DNA of 64,000 bases, from assembly GCA_013239625.1 (NCBI GenBank), contig MU054187.1, forward strand, positions 24,740,433 to 24,804,432. The letters run 5' to 3'. Positions 52,664-64,000 of this stretch are shown piece by piece. A program made the translations under genes and the position numbers. The notes below the pieces were generated by a model that had not been told where the DNA came from, ran no database searches, and was given only the letters and a program-made list of their open reading frames with translations. How positions within the stretch are numbered: position 1 is the stretch's first letter; every line of letters begins with the position of its first letter. Source of the DNA: Lama guanicoe. Lineage: Eukaryota.

Positions 52664-55600
52664 CCCTCCTAGATCTTTAAAGCCTTCATGGAAATGTCCC
52701 TCTACATTTTGCTTCAAATGAAAGATGGCTGTATTCCTAGGTCACAGATTCTCTCGAGTTCTAAGATAGTCACTCCAATGCCTCTTCCATAGGTATGTAC
52801 CATATTTATTGGCTAATAGAATTACTATTTCCCCCTAAACTTTCACTTCCATCTTAGGGTATTAATCTTCCCTGCCTTGCAAAATCTCTCCTAGGTCAGA
52901 ATCATTTCATGTGACTACCCATTCTCTATACCTCCTTTTACTTTCATCTATTGCATGCAGGTCCATGTCATTTGCCTATATTCATTAAAGACATTACCTT
53001 CTATACTGAGGCTTTTGAATAAAAATCTGCCTATCTTTTAAAGTATGAAATGAATGCAAATTCATGAACTCTTATATAATTTGAATTACTGAACACTGTA
53101 TAACTGTCTCATTATCTGTTTTTTTGTTATTGTTGTTGTTGTTTTAATTCTCTATGAAGCTAAAAATCTGTTCTGCACCTTTGCCAACCTTCTCAAATCT
53201 GGTCATGTTCTAACTTCCTTCTAAGAATATGGTATCAGATCTTACTGAGGAAATTAATGCAAGAACTTTCTTGCAGTTTCTGATCCTAGTCTGCCACTAT
53301 CCTCATCATAAGACAAACTTTTTTTCTTTTAAAATCTATACCTACACCTCATTCTTACCTTCTTATTTCATGTTTCAGGGTATGATTTGACCTTTCAGTT
53401 TGGGATCAGTCACTCCATTTGTGCTTAACTTAAGCCAATCTTCTCTCATTTTTTCAGTTACCTCTTTTTCTTATTTCACTTTTTTTCTTATTTCTTATCC
53501 ACTTTTTCTCTTTGGTTCCTTTACCTTATTTTAAAAAACATTTAAAAGACAATCTTGTTTTTTCCCCAAATTCAGTTAACTCTGCCATTACTTTTTATCT
53601 AACATTAAGCTAAAGCATAGGTTTGATAGAACAAAGATTTAATTGTCTTAGAATCACACACTAACAAAGGTAGCTCAGGCTCCTCTTACACACAAGTAGG
53701 CTTAGATAATAGCTACCTTGAAGTATTATTATTACCATTAAGTGAGATACTATACTATGCATGGCAGGTGTTAAACAAATACTAGTTTCCTTTTCTTTCC
53801 TTCATTTCTAGTTCTTTGAGAGTAGGGACTGTGTCTAAATAATTTTGGGTCCTTACTGTATGAATCATTTTAGTATCTCTAATATTAACCATAGTGATAG
53901 ACACATGACTCGCATATACGTGTTTGTTGAATTTACTTATTGATTATTTTTTGAATCTATTTCCAATCTTTACTTATTTTAGAATTGTGAAGATAGCTGG
54001 GGTGTAGGGGAATAAGAAGCATGTGGAGAAACAGGGTTGACTCACAGTATATCGTTATGATTCTGAAGATTACTTGATAGTAAGGAACAATTGTTTTTAT
54101 ATTTGTAGCCCAAACCAAGTTCTATTTTACTAGAATCATTTTATTATAATAATTTTATATTTTAGTAGAATAAATAATTTAACTTTTATGTGCCTTAATT
54201 GTTTTGTCTTTATATGAAAGTATGATAGTTTATATAAGGTAATCTATGCATTATTAGTAGACTTGCTAATAGGTTAATTTACTGGATTATTTGAAACAAA
54301 TTGGCTGTTGGACTATAATTTATTAATTAAAAAATTGAAAGATAAAAGGATGCAAGTAAGACCTCAAATTGTGAAGTGTAAGGCTTGATTTTATGGAATG
54401 AGAACAAATATGCCTACGTAATGGGAGCATGAGTTGACCTCACTTCCAGAAGTCACTCAAGTCACTCTAAAGAATGATTGCAGAGTACTCTGAACATCTG
54501 AAGCTTTTTAATCATATAAAATGTGTAAATTAGATGAAATGTTCAAATACTAGAGATACACAAGAGCTGCTATACTAACGAAAGACACATCTATCAGCTA
54601 TTTAATTTTAACAGCATTTCACAGTGACTTTCTTAGTGCCATAGTGGGTGGTCTATAATAATTCTACCAAATCTAATTTACTTGTAAAATCACTGATTTT
54701 TAGAACTATAAGTGATTTTAGAGGTAATTTACACCAATGTCCCAGTTTCAAGGTTGAGGAAAATAAAGCTGATAAAAATTCATTTGCACAGTAGCGGAAA
54801 GCTAATTGGTAGCAGAGTTGCGACAAGAACACACTTCTGCTTCTCGGTGCAGCTCTCTTGGATCTCTGTAGGTGCAGCAAGTCCTTGGAGCACTGCCCTC
54901 GAGCAATATTGTGCAGTGTAGCCTGGGAGTGAACACTGGATCAAAAACTAGAGGGAGGAATATTATCGGCTGTTGCTTCCTTTTCTCAGACTCAGATGCA
55001 TACCTTTCAGGATATTACAGGTCACATGTTTGGTTATCTCTCATCTAAATTAAGCAGGACTTCCTGCTATTCTTCAGTAGTGAGATAAAAGCCAGGACTT
55101 AATCACTTTAATCCCTCTCTAAGACAATACTAAGCAACTTTCTGGCCATTTTTGGAAGTCATTATTCTTTATTACCCCACAATCCAGGCCCAGATCTGAT
55201 ATGGCAGTGTGACTTTAGCACTTGGCATTGACAGCTTTCTTACTGACGAATTCTTTGCTGGTGGGAAAATAATTATAAACAAAATCTTCTACAGCCCCAG
55301 ACAATCTCTCCACAAAGACAGAAGGAAAGGGGGACAGTTTTATTATTGAATAAGTATAAACCAGAATCACAGGCAATCTGCTAAAGAAGTTGCAAAGACA
55401 GAAAGAACTCTTAACTTCTATATAGTGCTGAGAAAAAAATCAATAGTTAATCTAAAAAAGAAATGGAAAGTTTTATTCGTAACACAAGAGACAGTCTTTC
55501 GGAAAGCTCTGAGGAACAGTCTCATTAGCGGTCAAAGTAGAGTTATACAAGTTTTGAGACAAAAGTTATACACCAAATTATGTATTGACTGTTTACACAA

Positions 55601-56175
55601 TTTAGATCTGCATATACAAAACAAGTAGTGGATCATCATGACCTCTTACAAGATTATGAAGGAAGATTATATTCTATGCAAGTCTGGTTAATGCAGATGC
55701 ACAATACACACTAAGGGGGTGAGAGGAGGCCCAAGTGGGCACAGAAAATTTTATGTTTAAATATTTCTTGTCATAAAATATGACTTTTATTTCCTCCATT
55801 TCCCTCTTTTGATCATTAATCTTTCAATAAAAAGCATTAGGTAACCAAATATTTAGTCCCTCAATGACAGGGTGGTTTCTGACCTGCCCTGAGTCTATTA
55901 TGTCCCCTGATGTCAGGTCTTCATAGACTGGTTCTTTCTTTCCTTTTAGGAAATTGTACTAGTAAGATGTCTGGCAAGAAGTAATGGTCAATTCCAAGTT
56001 GTCCAATAGGATTGATGCCAATTTTACTTTGCACAGGCACTGTACATGTTCATTAATTTATAGAGAACTATAGATGTGATCAATAGTTTCAAGATGTTTA
56101 GGTATCATTCTTAGTAGTAGGTGATACATAGTGTGAAAGGCAAGAAATTATCACTTTATGAGTTACACAAACTAA

Positions 56176-56484
56176 TCAAAATTGACGATAGAAGCCAACA
56201 ATGTCATTTAGTAAAAGTTTAAGCCAAGATCTTCCTAAACCAAACCATTTCCTGAGTATTTCCCCTAAACTGGATAGAAGAGAATTCAGAGTAGGAAAAT
56301 GATTTTTCATATGTGCCATAAGATGAGTTACATTAGAAGACTCATCAAGCATGAAAACACAACATTTAGCATGTATTATAGCACAAGTTTCCCCTTGAGA
56401 AACAGTTACTGAGGGCCATGCGATTCTGGTCATCATGGAAATTTCAGAATTGAGCAAGCTAATGGCTTGATTACTATCATTCAA
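56176..56484 (-). pseudogene. retroviral env transmembrane subunit remnant
   Basis: Heptad region NDSNQAISLLNSEISMM and CX6CC motif CAIIHAKCC followed by VFMLDESSNVT. Confidence 0.8.
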
Positions 56485-59118
56485 AGTTTGTTGCTTAAAA
56501 ATTACTATTGCTTGTTTTCAAATGGGGGACTGAGCATTAGTATTTTTGAAACTCCCTAGGCAGTTTTAATGTGAAATTTAATGTGAGTTAGATTCAAGAA
56601 TCTCAGAGGTGGGTGAACTTTTTGTTTCACAGACACTTTGATTTTATACAGTTGGCTTATAGTAAGCATTAAAATAAAACATGTATTTACAATTGACTAT
56701 TTTTATGTTTAAATAAGAAGCTTGCTGAGTAAATTTTGTTAAAGCTTCTATGTGACTAATGTTACCTTCTATTCAAGTGAAGTTACAAATGATCACGTCA
56801 TTGGAAAACTGATTGAACCCAGCATGCTCACGTTAAAGGCAGATGGGGAAGGGCTGTTTCCATGACTACCTATAGGTGACCTTGAGCCCAAGTGAGAAAT
56901 GTATTTGATTCATAAGCAAAAGTGTATCAAAGCAATTAGTATACAGGTCTAGTCTGACATCTTGGGTCTGTTGTCCACTTCAGATGTCATCTTCTTCTCA
57001 TAATGGTCTGGTAGTGCTGGTCTTAGTTGAAATCAGGTGTCAGAAACAGGTGTTGCAGTTCATTCAGGAGAGGAGGTCTGATATGATCCTTTCCAACTTG
57101 TCTGTAAAAAGTCTTTTATCTGATGTCTTTTACAGTATGCATAATCTCTTGGTCATGGGGCATTTGCTCTTCGTTTGAAGACAAATTACCGTGATAAGCT
57201 TCAGGAACAAACTTTACAATAATGTCACATAGCAATAAGGAGCCATTTGAGAAATGAGTCTTAGGCAGTAAATACAAAAAAAAAGTCAAAGATAACAACA
57301 CTAGAACTTAACGTCCACTGAAGTATAGGTTTTTTCTCTCTAAAATACAGAAAGTTAAAACAATTAAAAACATATTCTAAGAAAATTTTGTCCTCTTATC
57401 AGAGAGAAAACCAAATTCAGGTTTGTATCACTTTGCCTTTAACATTAAAATTCATTTATACAATTAAATTAATTATAATTTAATTTATATTTAGCCAGTC
57501 CTCACAAAGAATTCCTTTCTAAAGATTCTTTTATTTTCTTTCGCTCAAACCTTCTACAACTGCATATATCTATATTAATTTGTCCCTTATATTTTTTCTC
57601 ACTTAGAAATAACTTGCTCTAGGACAAAGTTAGTTTCTTTTCCCTTAACAAACCTCATTTCCAATCCTTATACCTTCCTTCCCCTTGCATTCAAAGATGT
57701 TTTCCTTATTTTTAGCAGTTTTAATTACATATTTTAATTATAATTCAACCTTAAAACCTTAGTGAAATGAAAACTAAGAAGCAAGTAATTATGAACTATT
57801 TGTCACACCAGCACTTCCTGATTGGCCAATTTAGTATATAGTGGCAAACATATTCTATAATCTAATTTATTTCCTTAATAGAGCACAAGATGTATCAAAA
57901 GAACCAAAACATCTTTGGTTTTTCTCCCATGAGAAGACAAAAGTAGGTCAACTTAGACATAGTACAGCAACTACTGTTCCATATCTTATTTAGCAGTTTC
58001 AAGTTGCCAGAAATCTGGAGAAACTATTTTTAAAAGACAGTTCTAAAACATAACTATTCCTAAAGTGTTTACCTAAAAAACTCTAATCTCATCTATGTCT
58101 AACATAATTTAAAGTTTCATCATATCAAGTTATAGTTTTTGCTGACAGATTTTGCAACAAGAATGATAAGATCTTGTTTGACTTATAGTAAACATAGGTA
58201 TAATAAAAGTATTACCTTAATATTGACTCTAAAGACACATCTGTGTTAATTAAAACAACATAAACTTGTTTCCATTCATTAAAATTAATCTTAGATTATT
58301 CCTAAAATTCATGTAAATTAGTTTCTTTTATATTTCTGAATATAAGTGCTTAATTTCCTGTAAGCCAACTGAACAGCATTCTTTCACAAATTATTTTTGG
58401 CAAAGTAACACATCTACAACACACATATATACCTAAAAAATTTCAGTCGTGAATCAGGTACAATAATACAAAACTTATCAGTTACAAAAGAGTTTGGATT
58501 CAACTTGTGTTTCTGATGGAACAAATCCAGCTCACCTGTTTAGATGGCTAAATCCTTTTTACCAATATTTACAGAGAAGACACTTAAGATTTGTATTTGT
58601 CTTTGACAAGTCAAGTTCCAAATTGCCTATCCTCCTTTTGGTTTCTTCTTTCCATAAGTCACCTTTCTGCAGTTTTCATTTTAAAAAGATGGCCTACCTA
58701 AGAGTTCTTGGAGAAGACCAAGAAGAACATTTACATCTCAAAGGCATAGGAGAAATGCAAGTTTCTCTTAGGAGGAACTTTTGCTCCCTTAAAGTCAGAA
58801 CTTATTTTTTTCAATACTTACAAGGCACTTAAGATATACAGGGGAGGTTTTGGGAGTGGTAAAAGGACCGGTGGGCTTTGAACTGTTTCTGAGGTCACAC
58901 CTCTGGTCCTGTAAAGACAACGTGTAAAGTAAGGATGGCTGGTTTTAATCCCTCAAAGAATTGAGTGGCCACTTAAATGATATCAAAAGACAGGCATATC
59001 TATTCACCTGTGTTGGAATGTTTTCCTTCCCTTGTCCTGGAGCTCTCTGGCCTTCGAGGCACAATTTCCCATTATTAATTTGGTAGTCTAATTCAGATAT
59101 GTGATATGATTTGAGCAA

Positions 59119-59204
59119 TTTTTTTTTAATGGAGGTACTAGGTATTGAACCAGGACCACACGCATGCTAAGCTTGCACTCTACTATTGAGCTCTACCCCA
59201 TCCC
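59119..59204 (-). mobile_element. tRNA-derived SINE (Vic-1-like) inside the provirus
   Basis: Same family as 9965-10103 (GGAGGTACT...TTGAACC...GCATGCTAAGC...GAGCT) with a T tail. Confidence 0.8.
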
Positions 59205-62099
59205 TTGCCCCCAACACTTTCTGAGGACAGTGTAGTGGATCAGATGTGTGCTGCTTCTGAGTCTAGCTCCCCAAGGAGTTGCCCTTGGGCTGGTTCAACT
59301 CTTTTACATGTCATAGTTTCTCCCTCTGATAGTCTAAAACCACCGTGGGTGCTCAGAGCACCGGATGATCAGTCCTTGTCTCACACATCCCTGGAAAAGC
59401 AGTATTTACGTAGTGGTTGTAGTGAGGTTCTCTGCGGGACCACTGTGCTTCATAAGGACTGATCCTCAGACTCCTTCACTAGGTTTTCAGTCACCTGAGA
59501 ACCCCTTGCTGCTGGAAGGAGCAAATGTCCCTTGTTCTTCAGAGCTGAATACTTCAGCCTCTCATTTCGCTAACAAAAGTTTTATTCTGACCATATATCA
59601 GTTGTTTTTCTCAATTTAAGCCAAATTTTTAAAACGCAGCCACGTATGTTTCCCTGGACCTCATGTCCAGGTTCCCCCTAGGTCTCTGCCTAAGAAATGC
59701 ACTCCAAGGCTTCAGTAAAAATAAAATTTGGGGGATCATCACTTAAAAGCAATGAGAACTCACCAGACCTTGAAGAGTACTGAGACGCTGCTGGGGCTCA
59801 AACCACCTGAAGAGTACTGAGATGCTGGAGTTTGCGGTCGACTCCAGGTATCCTCCGGTGGGTATCTCTGATATGTTGCCAACCAACCATGCATATGTTG
59901 ACCCAAAAAAGTTAATCAACAGTTGATCTAAGAAAGAAATTGAAATTTTTATCTAAGCCAACCTGAGGGTTATAACCTGGGAGACAGTCTTTCAGATAGC
60001 TCTGAGGACTGTTCCACCCATTAGAGAACAAAGCTCAGTTATGTAAGTTATTGAGACAAAGGGTTATACGTCAAATGACATATTGACCATTTACACAATT
60101 CAGATCTAAGCGTACAATGAGTAGTGGGTCATCATTACCCCTTACAGGATTAAGAAGGAAGGTTACCTCCTAAGGAGTTATTGAGTAATGGGTCATTCTG
60201 ACCCTTTACAAGATCAAGAAGGAATGTGTTTTCCTGAGGAAGTCTAGTTAATGAAGATGTACGATACACATTAAAGGGGAGGGAGGAGGCCCGAGTGGGC
60301 AGAGAAAACATTTTATGTTTAAGTTTTTCTTATCTTGTCATACAATATGAATTTTACTTCACCAATAACCAAGAAGACACAACCCATCCCACTCATGTTT
60401 TCAAGATAAACAACTAGTCTTCAAATAAGAGGATCGACAGCACTGTTTGCACACATTGTTCATCCTAAATCCACGTAGAAATCAGAGTAAGCATCTGTTC
60501 TAGCTATTTGGCTTTACCAAGAGGGAAAATAAACTTCTCACACCTTTATGACAGGAGGTGATTTTGCAAGTTGGAGCTTGGAGGCCCTCTGAAGATAGGC
60601 TCTGAGCCTCCCACAGAAACGAGGAGGTGAGCGGCTCTCTTCCTTGAAGAATGCATTTCTAGGAAAGGCTTCCAGGTCTCTGAGAAAGACATTCCTGGGT
60701 TGTAAAGCTGTCAAGGAGCTTATTTAGCCTCTTAAAAATAATTTACATATATTTCAGAGAGGAAGAGAAAGAATTTACAATGACAAGTTTGCTAAACTAA
60801 ACGCTCTTAAAGAAGGGAGGGAGGGAGTCTCTTCCCTTATTTTCAACAGAGAGAATTGTCTATTTTTTTAATTTGTAGCCCGCTTACATTACCAAAGTGA
60901 GTAATCACACTTTTCAACCTCTTCCCCTGGAGCAGAAGCTGTGAGGCAAAATTTCATGCGAAGACAATTTTGTAAACTTATTTTGAACACTGCAGGTTAG
61001 CTTTCTGTAAAACTCTCTAAACAAAAAAACAACATTGAGCATAATTTCTAGACAACAATGCATGAGAAGGAAGTTTTAAAGTTTTTTTCTTATTTTTTTC
61101 CCCCTCCCTAATGGTAGTTTATCTTCTGGGTAATAATCTTGCCGAGCTTGCTTAACAGTTAGAGCCAGTGGTTCCTTGAGAAAAAATAATCATTATATAC
61201 TGATGCCAGGGATTTACCCTTAATACTGGGTATCAACCGCTATTGTCCACATGCACAATAATAGTGAAAGTTTACTGACTGTTTTCCAGGTGCCAAGCCC
61301 TGTTCTAAATATATTATCTCATTTAAACATCTGTCGAGCCTTATGAAGTCAACACTCTTAATATCTGTACTTTATAGATAAGGAAATCAAACAGTTCATA
61401 ACTTGTTAAACATTAGGCCTCTAGTGGGACATCTAGCTTGGCTCGAACCTCAGCAGTCTGCCTCTCACATCTACACCTTAATGGCAAAAAGTGCAACACC
61501 ATGTCTGAGAGCTGGATCCCAGAGTCAGACAGGTCTGGGCTCAGATTCCATCAGTGTTTTTTTATTAGCTGGGAACTTTGCCTAATTGTTCTGTGACTCA
61601 GTTTTCCAGATGGCGATAATAATAGTGTAATCCTCATGAGCACTCATGACACACATAGGATGCTGAGGGCAGTCTGACACCCAGAAAAAAGTTGAGAAAT
61701 ACTAGCTTTCATGAGTAATATATCCTCAGGCATTGAAGTCAGACGCCATGGTTGACCCATTAAGATATTAAATAACTCATTGCACTTGGAGTAATCATTT
61801 TCTTTCATGCCCCGAGTCTAATCTGCCCATCCATGCTACAGGTTCTCTAGATTACATTTATGGTACTGCCTTTAGAAAAGGCAACAACCTCGGTGCTTAC
61901 TTATTCGTTCCACAAAGGTTTATTGAGGGCTCACTATGTTACCAGGTATTTGCTAGATAGGGGAGATAGAAAGATAGTAAATAAAAAAGACATTCACCCC
62001 CGCACCTACCCTTGAATATGTAAAAGAATGGTACAATTGCAGCTGTGACAAGAGCTATAAAAGGGAAATTCAGGGCTCTATGAAAATGTAGAGTAAGTT

Positions 62100-63150
62100 G
62101 GGTTCACCTGAAGCTAGTAAACGTCAGTACCCCTCGCTTGCACGATTCTTCCAAGGACCCAGGGCCATTTATTTTTCAGTAGAATTTGCAAAAGTAAGCT
62201 ATCTTAACATCCATGGTTAAAATAAATATTTTCATTCCACTTTTGTTTGTCAAACCTCTTCTCATGTTGGATGACGTTGGAATGACCACCAAGCAGTTTT
62301 GGAATTTGCTAAGAGGAAGTTGAATTAGGGGTAGGTTTGACTTGGACTAAATGAGAAAAATTTGTGGTTTGTTGTCTCTTCAGTATAGAGGTAAGTAAAT
62401 TTTAGTTGTCCTGCCAGAAATATACTTTATCTGTACTTTGTAACATCCATGCGCAGGGCCAAAGGGGGTATTGAGATCTGGATATGTCCCATGACGTCCA
62501 ATCCTGGAAGTATATGCAGATTGAAGGAAAAGTAAAGTTTGAAATGTTTGAAGTGTATGGAGCAAGAAGCTAATATGAATTGTGTAAAATTGTAAGCAGA
62601 GTATATCATTTCATGGATACATAGTTATATGGGAAGTTTTCCTTTGTCAGGAATATTCAACAATACAGTATTTACTATTATGAGACATGCCTTGGAGGTG
62701 TGTGTGATGGAAATCACGCTCAGTAGACTTTATCAGAATTTCTGTCTGCGCAGGATAGAAATTTGTAGCAATCCTATAAACAGCAAGTCTGTGTGTGTGT
62801 GAGGTCACATGAGTTTAGCACCCAAACTCTCTACTGTCTCTATATAAAACGTGATTATAAAATCTTTGATATATGAGGAGATGATCAAAGAGAATGCAGC
62901 CAAAAAATGTACGGGGAAAGTTTAAATAGAGGTGTGGTAAGCTTTCAAGTAATTAAACATATTACTTAACTTTTCTAGACTCTGTTAAACGTGTAGTGCT
63001 ATGGATTTTTTGACATTTGTAATTTGTTATGATTTCTTCTTACACTCTAAGTTAATATTCATTTTCGTACTTAATTTGGTATTCTTTTTCTTAAAGAGGG
63101 CTCCCCAAAGTGCATAAGCTTCAGATATCACCAAACTTGGATGCACCTCC
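62100..63150. mobile_element. hAT-Tip100 DNA transposon relic (Arthur1/MER69-like)
   Basis: TGAAGCTA...CCCTCGCTTGCACG...AATTTGCAAAAGTAAG start and ...ATAAGCTTCAG...AACTTGGAT end; family from recall. Confidence 0.55.
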
Positions 63151-63638
63151 AGCAGGGAGACCTAAACCAGGCCAAAAGTCAAGGTAAATTTCTGAGAAAA
63201 TGCCATTGAAACTGACTCCTGATAGGGGTCAGAGGCAGCCACACTAAGGAGGTGAAGAGTGTATGAGCGTGTATGTGGGATGGGGCTGGGAGGGGAAGGC
63301 GGTGAGGCGCTGGGTGCAGGTGCTCAGACTGAACCATGAGGAGGGATGGCAGAAGTCATGGTAAGTTTTTAGGCTCTCTGATTTCAAGAAAAATTAAAAA
63401 AATTGAATATGACCACTTCTTTTTTTTTGTCACATTCAAGACAGGAATTGGGTGTATGAATTTTCAACCTTATATTCAAGCGTGAAAGTAATATCACCTA
63501 CTTTTATTTAAGTTGCATTCTTAGCCCCTGTCCATTGGTCTGTTATTGTGTGGGGCATTCAACCTTAGTCATCTTTACAACCCTGTCTCTCTCCTTCACT
63601 CTCAGGATCACAAGAAGGTGGAAATTCTCTGAGGCACG

Positions 63639-63862
63639 TGTTTTAGTCCATCCATTCTGCTAAAGCAAAATACCATAGATTGAGAGGCTTACAAACTGCA
63701 GTAATTTATTGCTCATAGTTCTGGAGCTGGAAGTCCAAGATCAGGGTGCCCACAGAGAGGCTCCTTCTGGTTTGCAGACTTTTCATTATAATACCATCAC
63801 TTTGGGGATCCTGATTTCAACATATAAATTTTGGGGGGAACACAAATATTCAGTGCATAGCA
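63639..63862 (-). mobile_element. MLT1A-type MaLR solo LTR (internally deleted)
   Basis: AAAATACCATAGATTG...TTTATTGCTCATAGTTCTGGAGCTGGAAGTCCAAGATCA...TTTCAACATATAAATTTTGGGGGGAACACAAATATTCAG. Confidence 0.8.
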
Positions 63863-64000
63863 GCATGTATTCTCCATCTTCTCCCAGATTTGCCCTGTGG
63901 TATTGGCTCTAGTTGCCCACACTATTAGCTAGCTGAATAATTACCCTGTATTGTCTGCCTCCCTTCCTTCTTGGTGCTCCCCAAAGTTCCCAAATGAGCC

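Larger units (their letters stand above)
55426..60364 (-). mobile_element. ERV provirus (~4.9 kb) with two LTRs and an env remnant
   Basis: Homologous LTRs at 55426-55798 and 59896-60364; polypurine tract AAAAGAGGGAAA next to the 3' LTR; near-TSD ATAG/ATAA; env TM remnant. Confidence 0.85.
55259..60888 (-). mobile_element. older ERV1 solo LTR (MER34-like), split by an inserted provirus (parts 55259-55425 and 60365-60888)
   Basis: Minus-strand start TGTAAGCGGGCTACAAATT...TGTTGAAAATAAGGGAAGAG; the two halves read on across the insertion; near-TSD TTGC/TTAC. Confidence 0.65.

Noticed and set aside
59860..59895. Primer-binding site of the provirus
   Set aside because: TGG-containing sequence is present next to the 5' LTR but is too degenerate to assign to a tRNA.
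46446..64000. Expected neighbouring gene upstream of NBN (DECR1 in human, from recall)
   Set aside because: No second CpG island or recognisable exon is seen; it presumably lies beyond the window.

Overview
Mammalian genomic DNA, probably camelid (inferred from a Vic-1-type tRNA-derived SINE). The window holds coding exons 1-13 of NBN (nibrin/NBS1, MRN complex) on the minus strand, from the ATG at 46281 down to the exon 13 donor after 645. All introns are GT-AG and the exons join into 2067 nt / 689 codons in one frame. Exons 14-16 lie left of the window. The promoter is a CpG island (~45.9-46.45 kb). The rest is intronic and upstream sequence dense in transposons. The most notable elements are: a full-length decayed L1 in intron 5 carrying a 3' transduction of an MLT1 LTR fragment; a TSD-flanked ORF1-only (HAL1-like) composite retroelement upstream; an env-remnant ERV nested in an older LTR; and several solo LTRs. 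I see no convincing new gene system. The best leads are the retroelement architectures and their possible effects on NBN isoforms. Repeat family names and human NBN comparisons come from recall, not from database searches.
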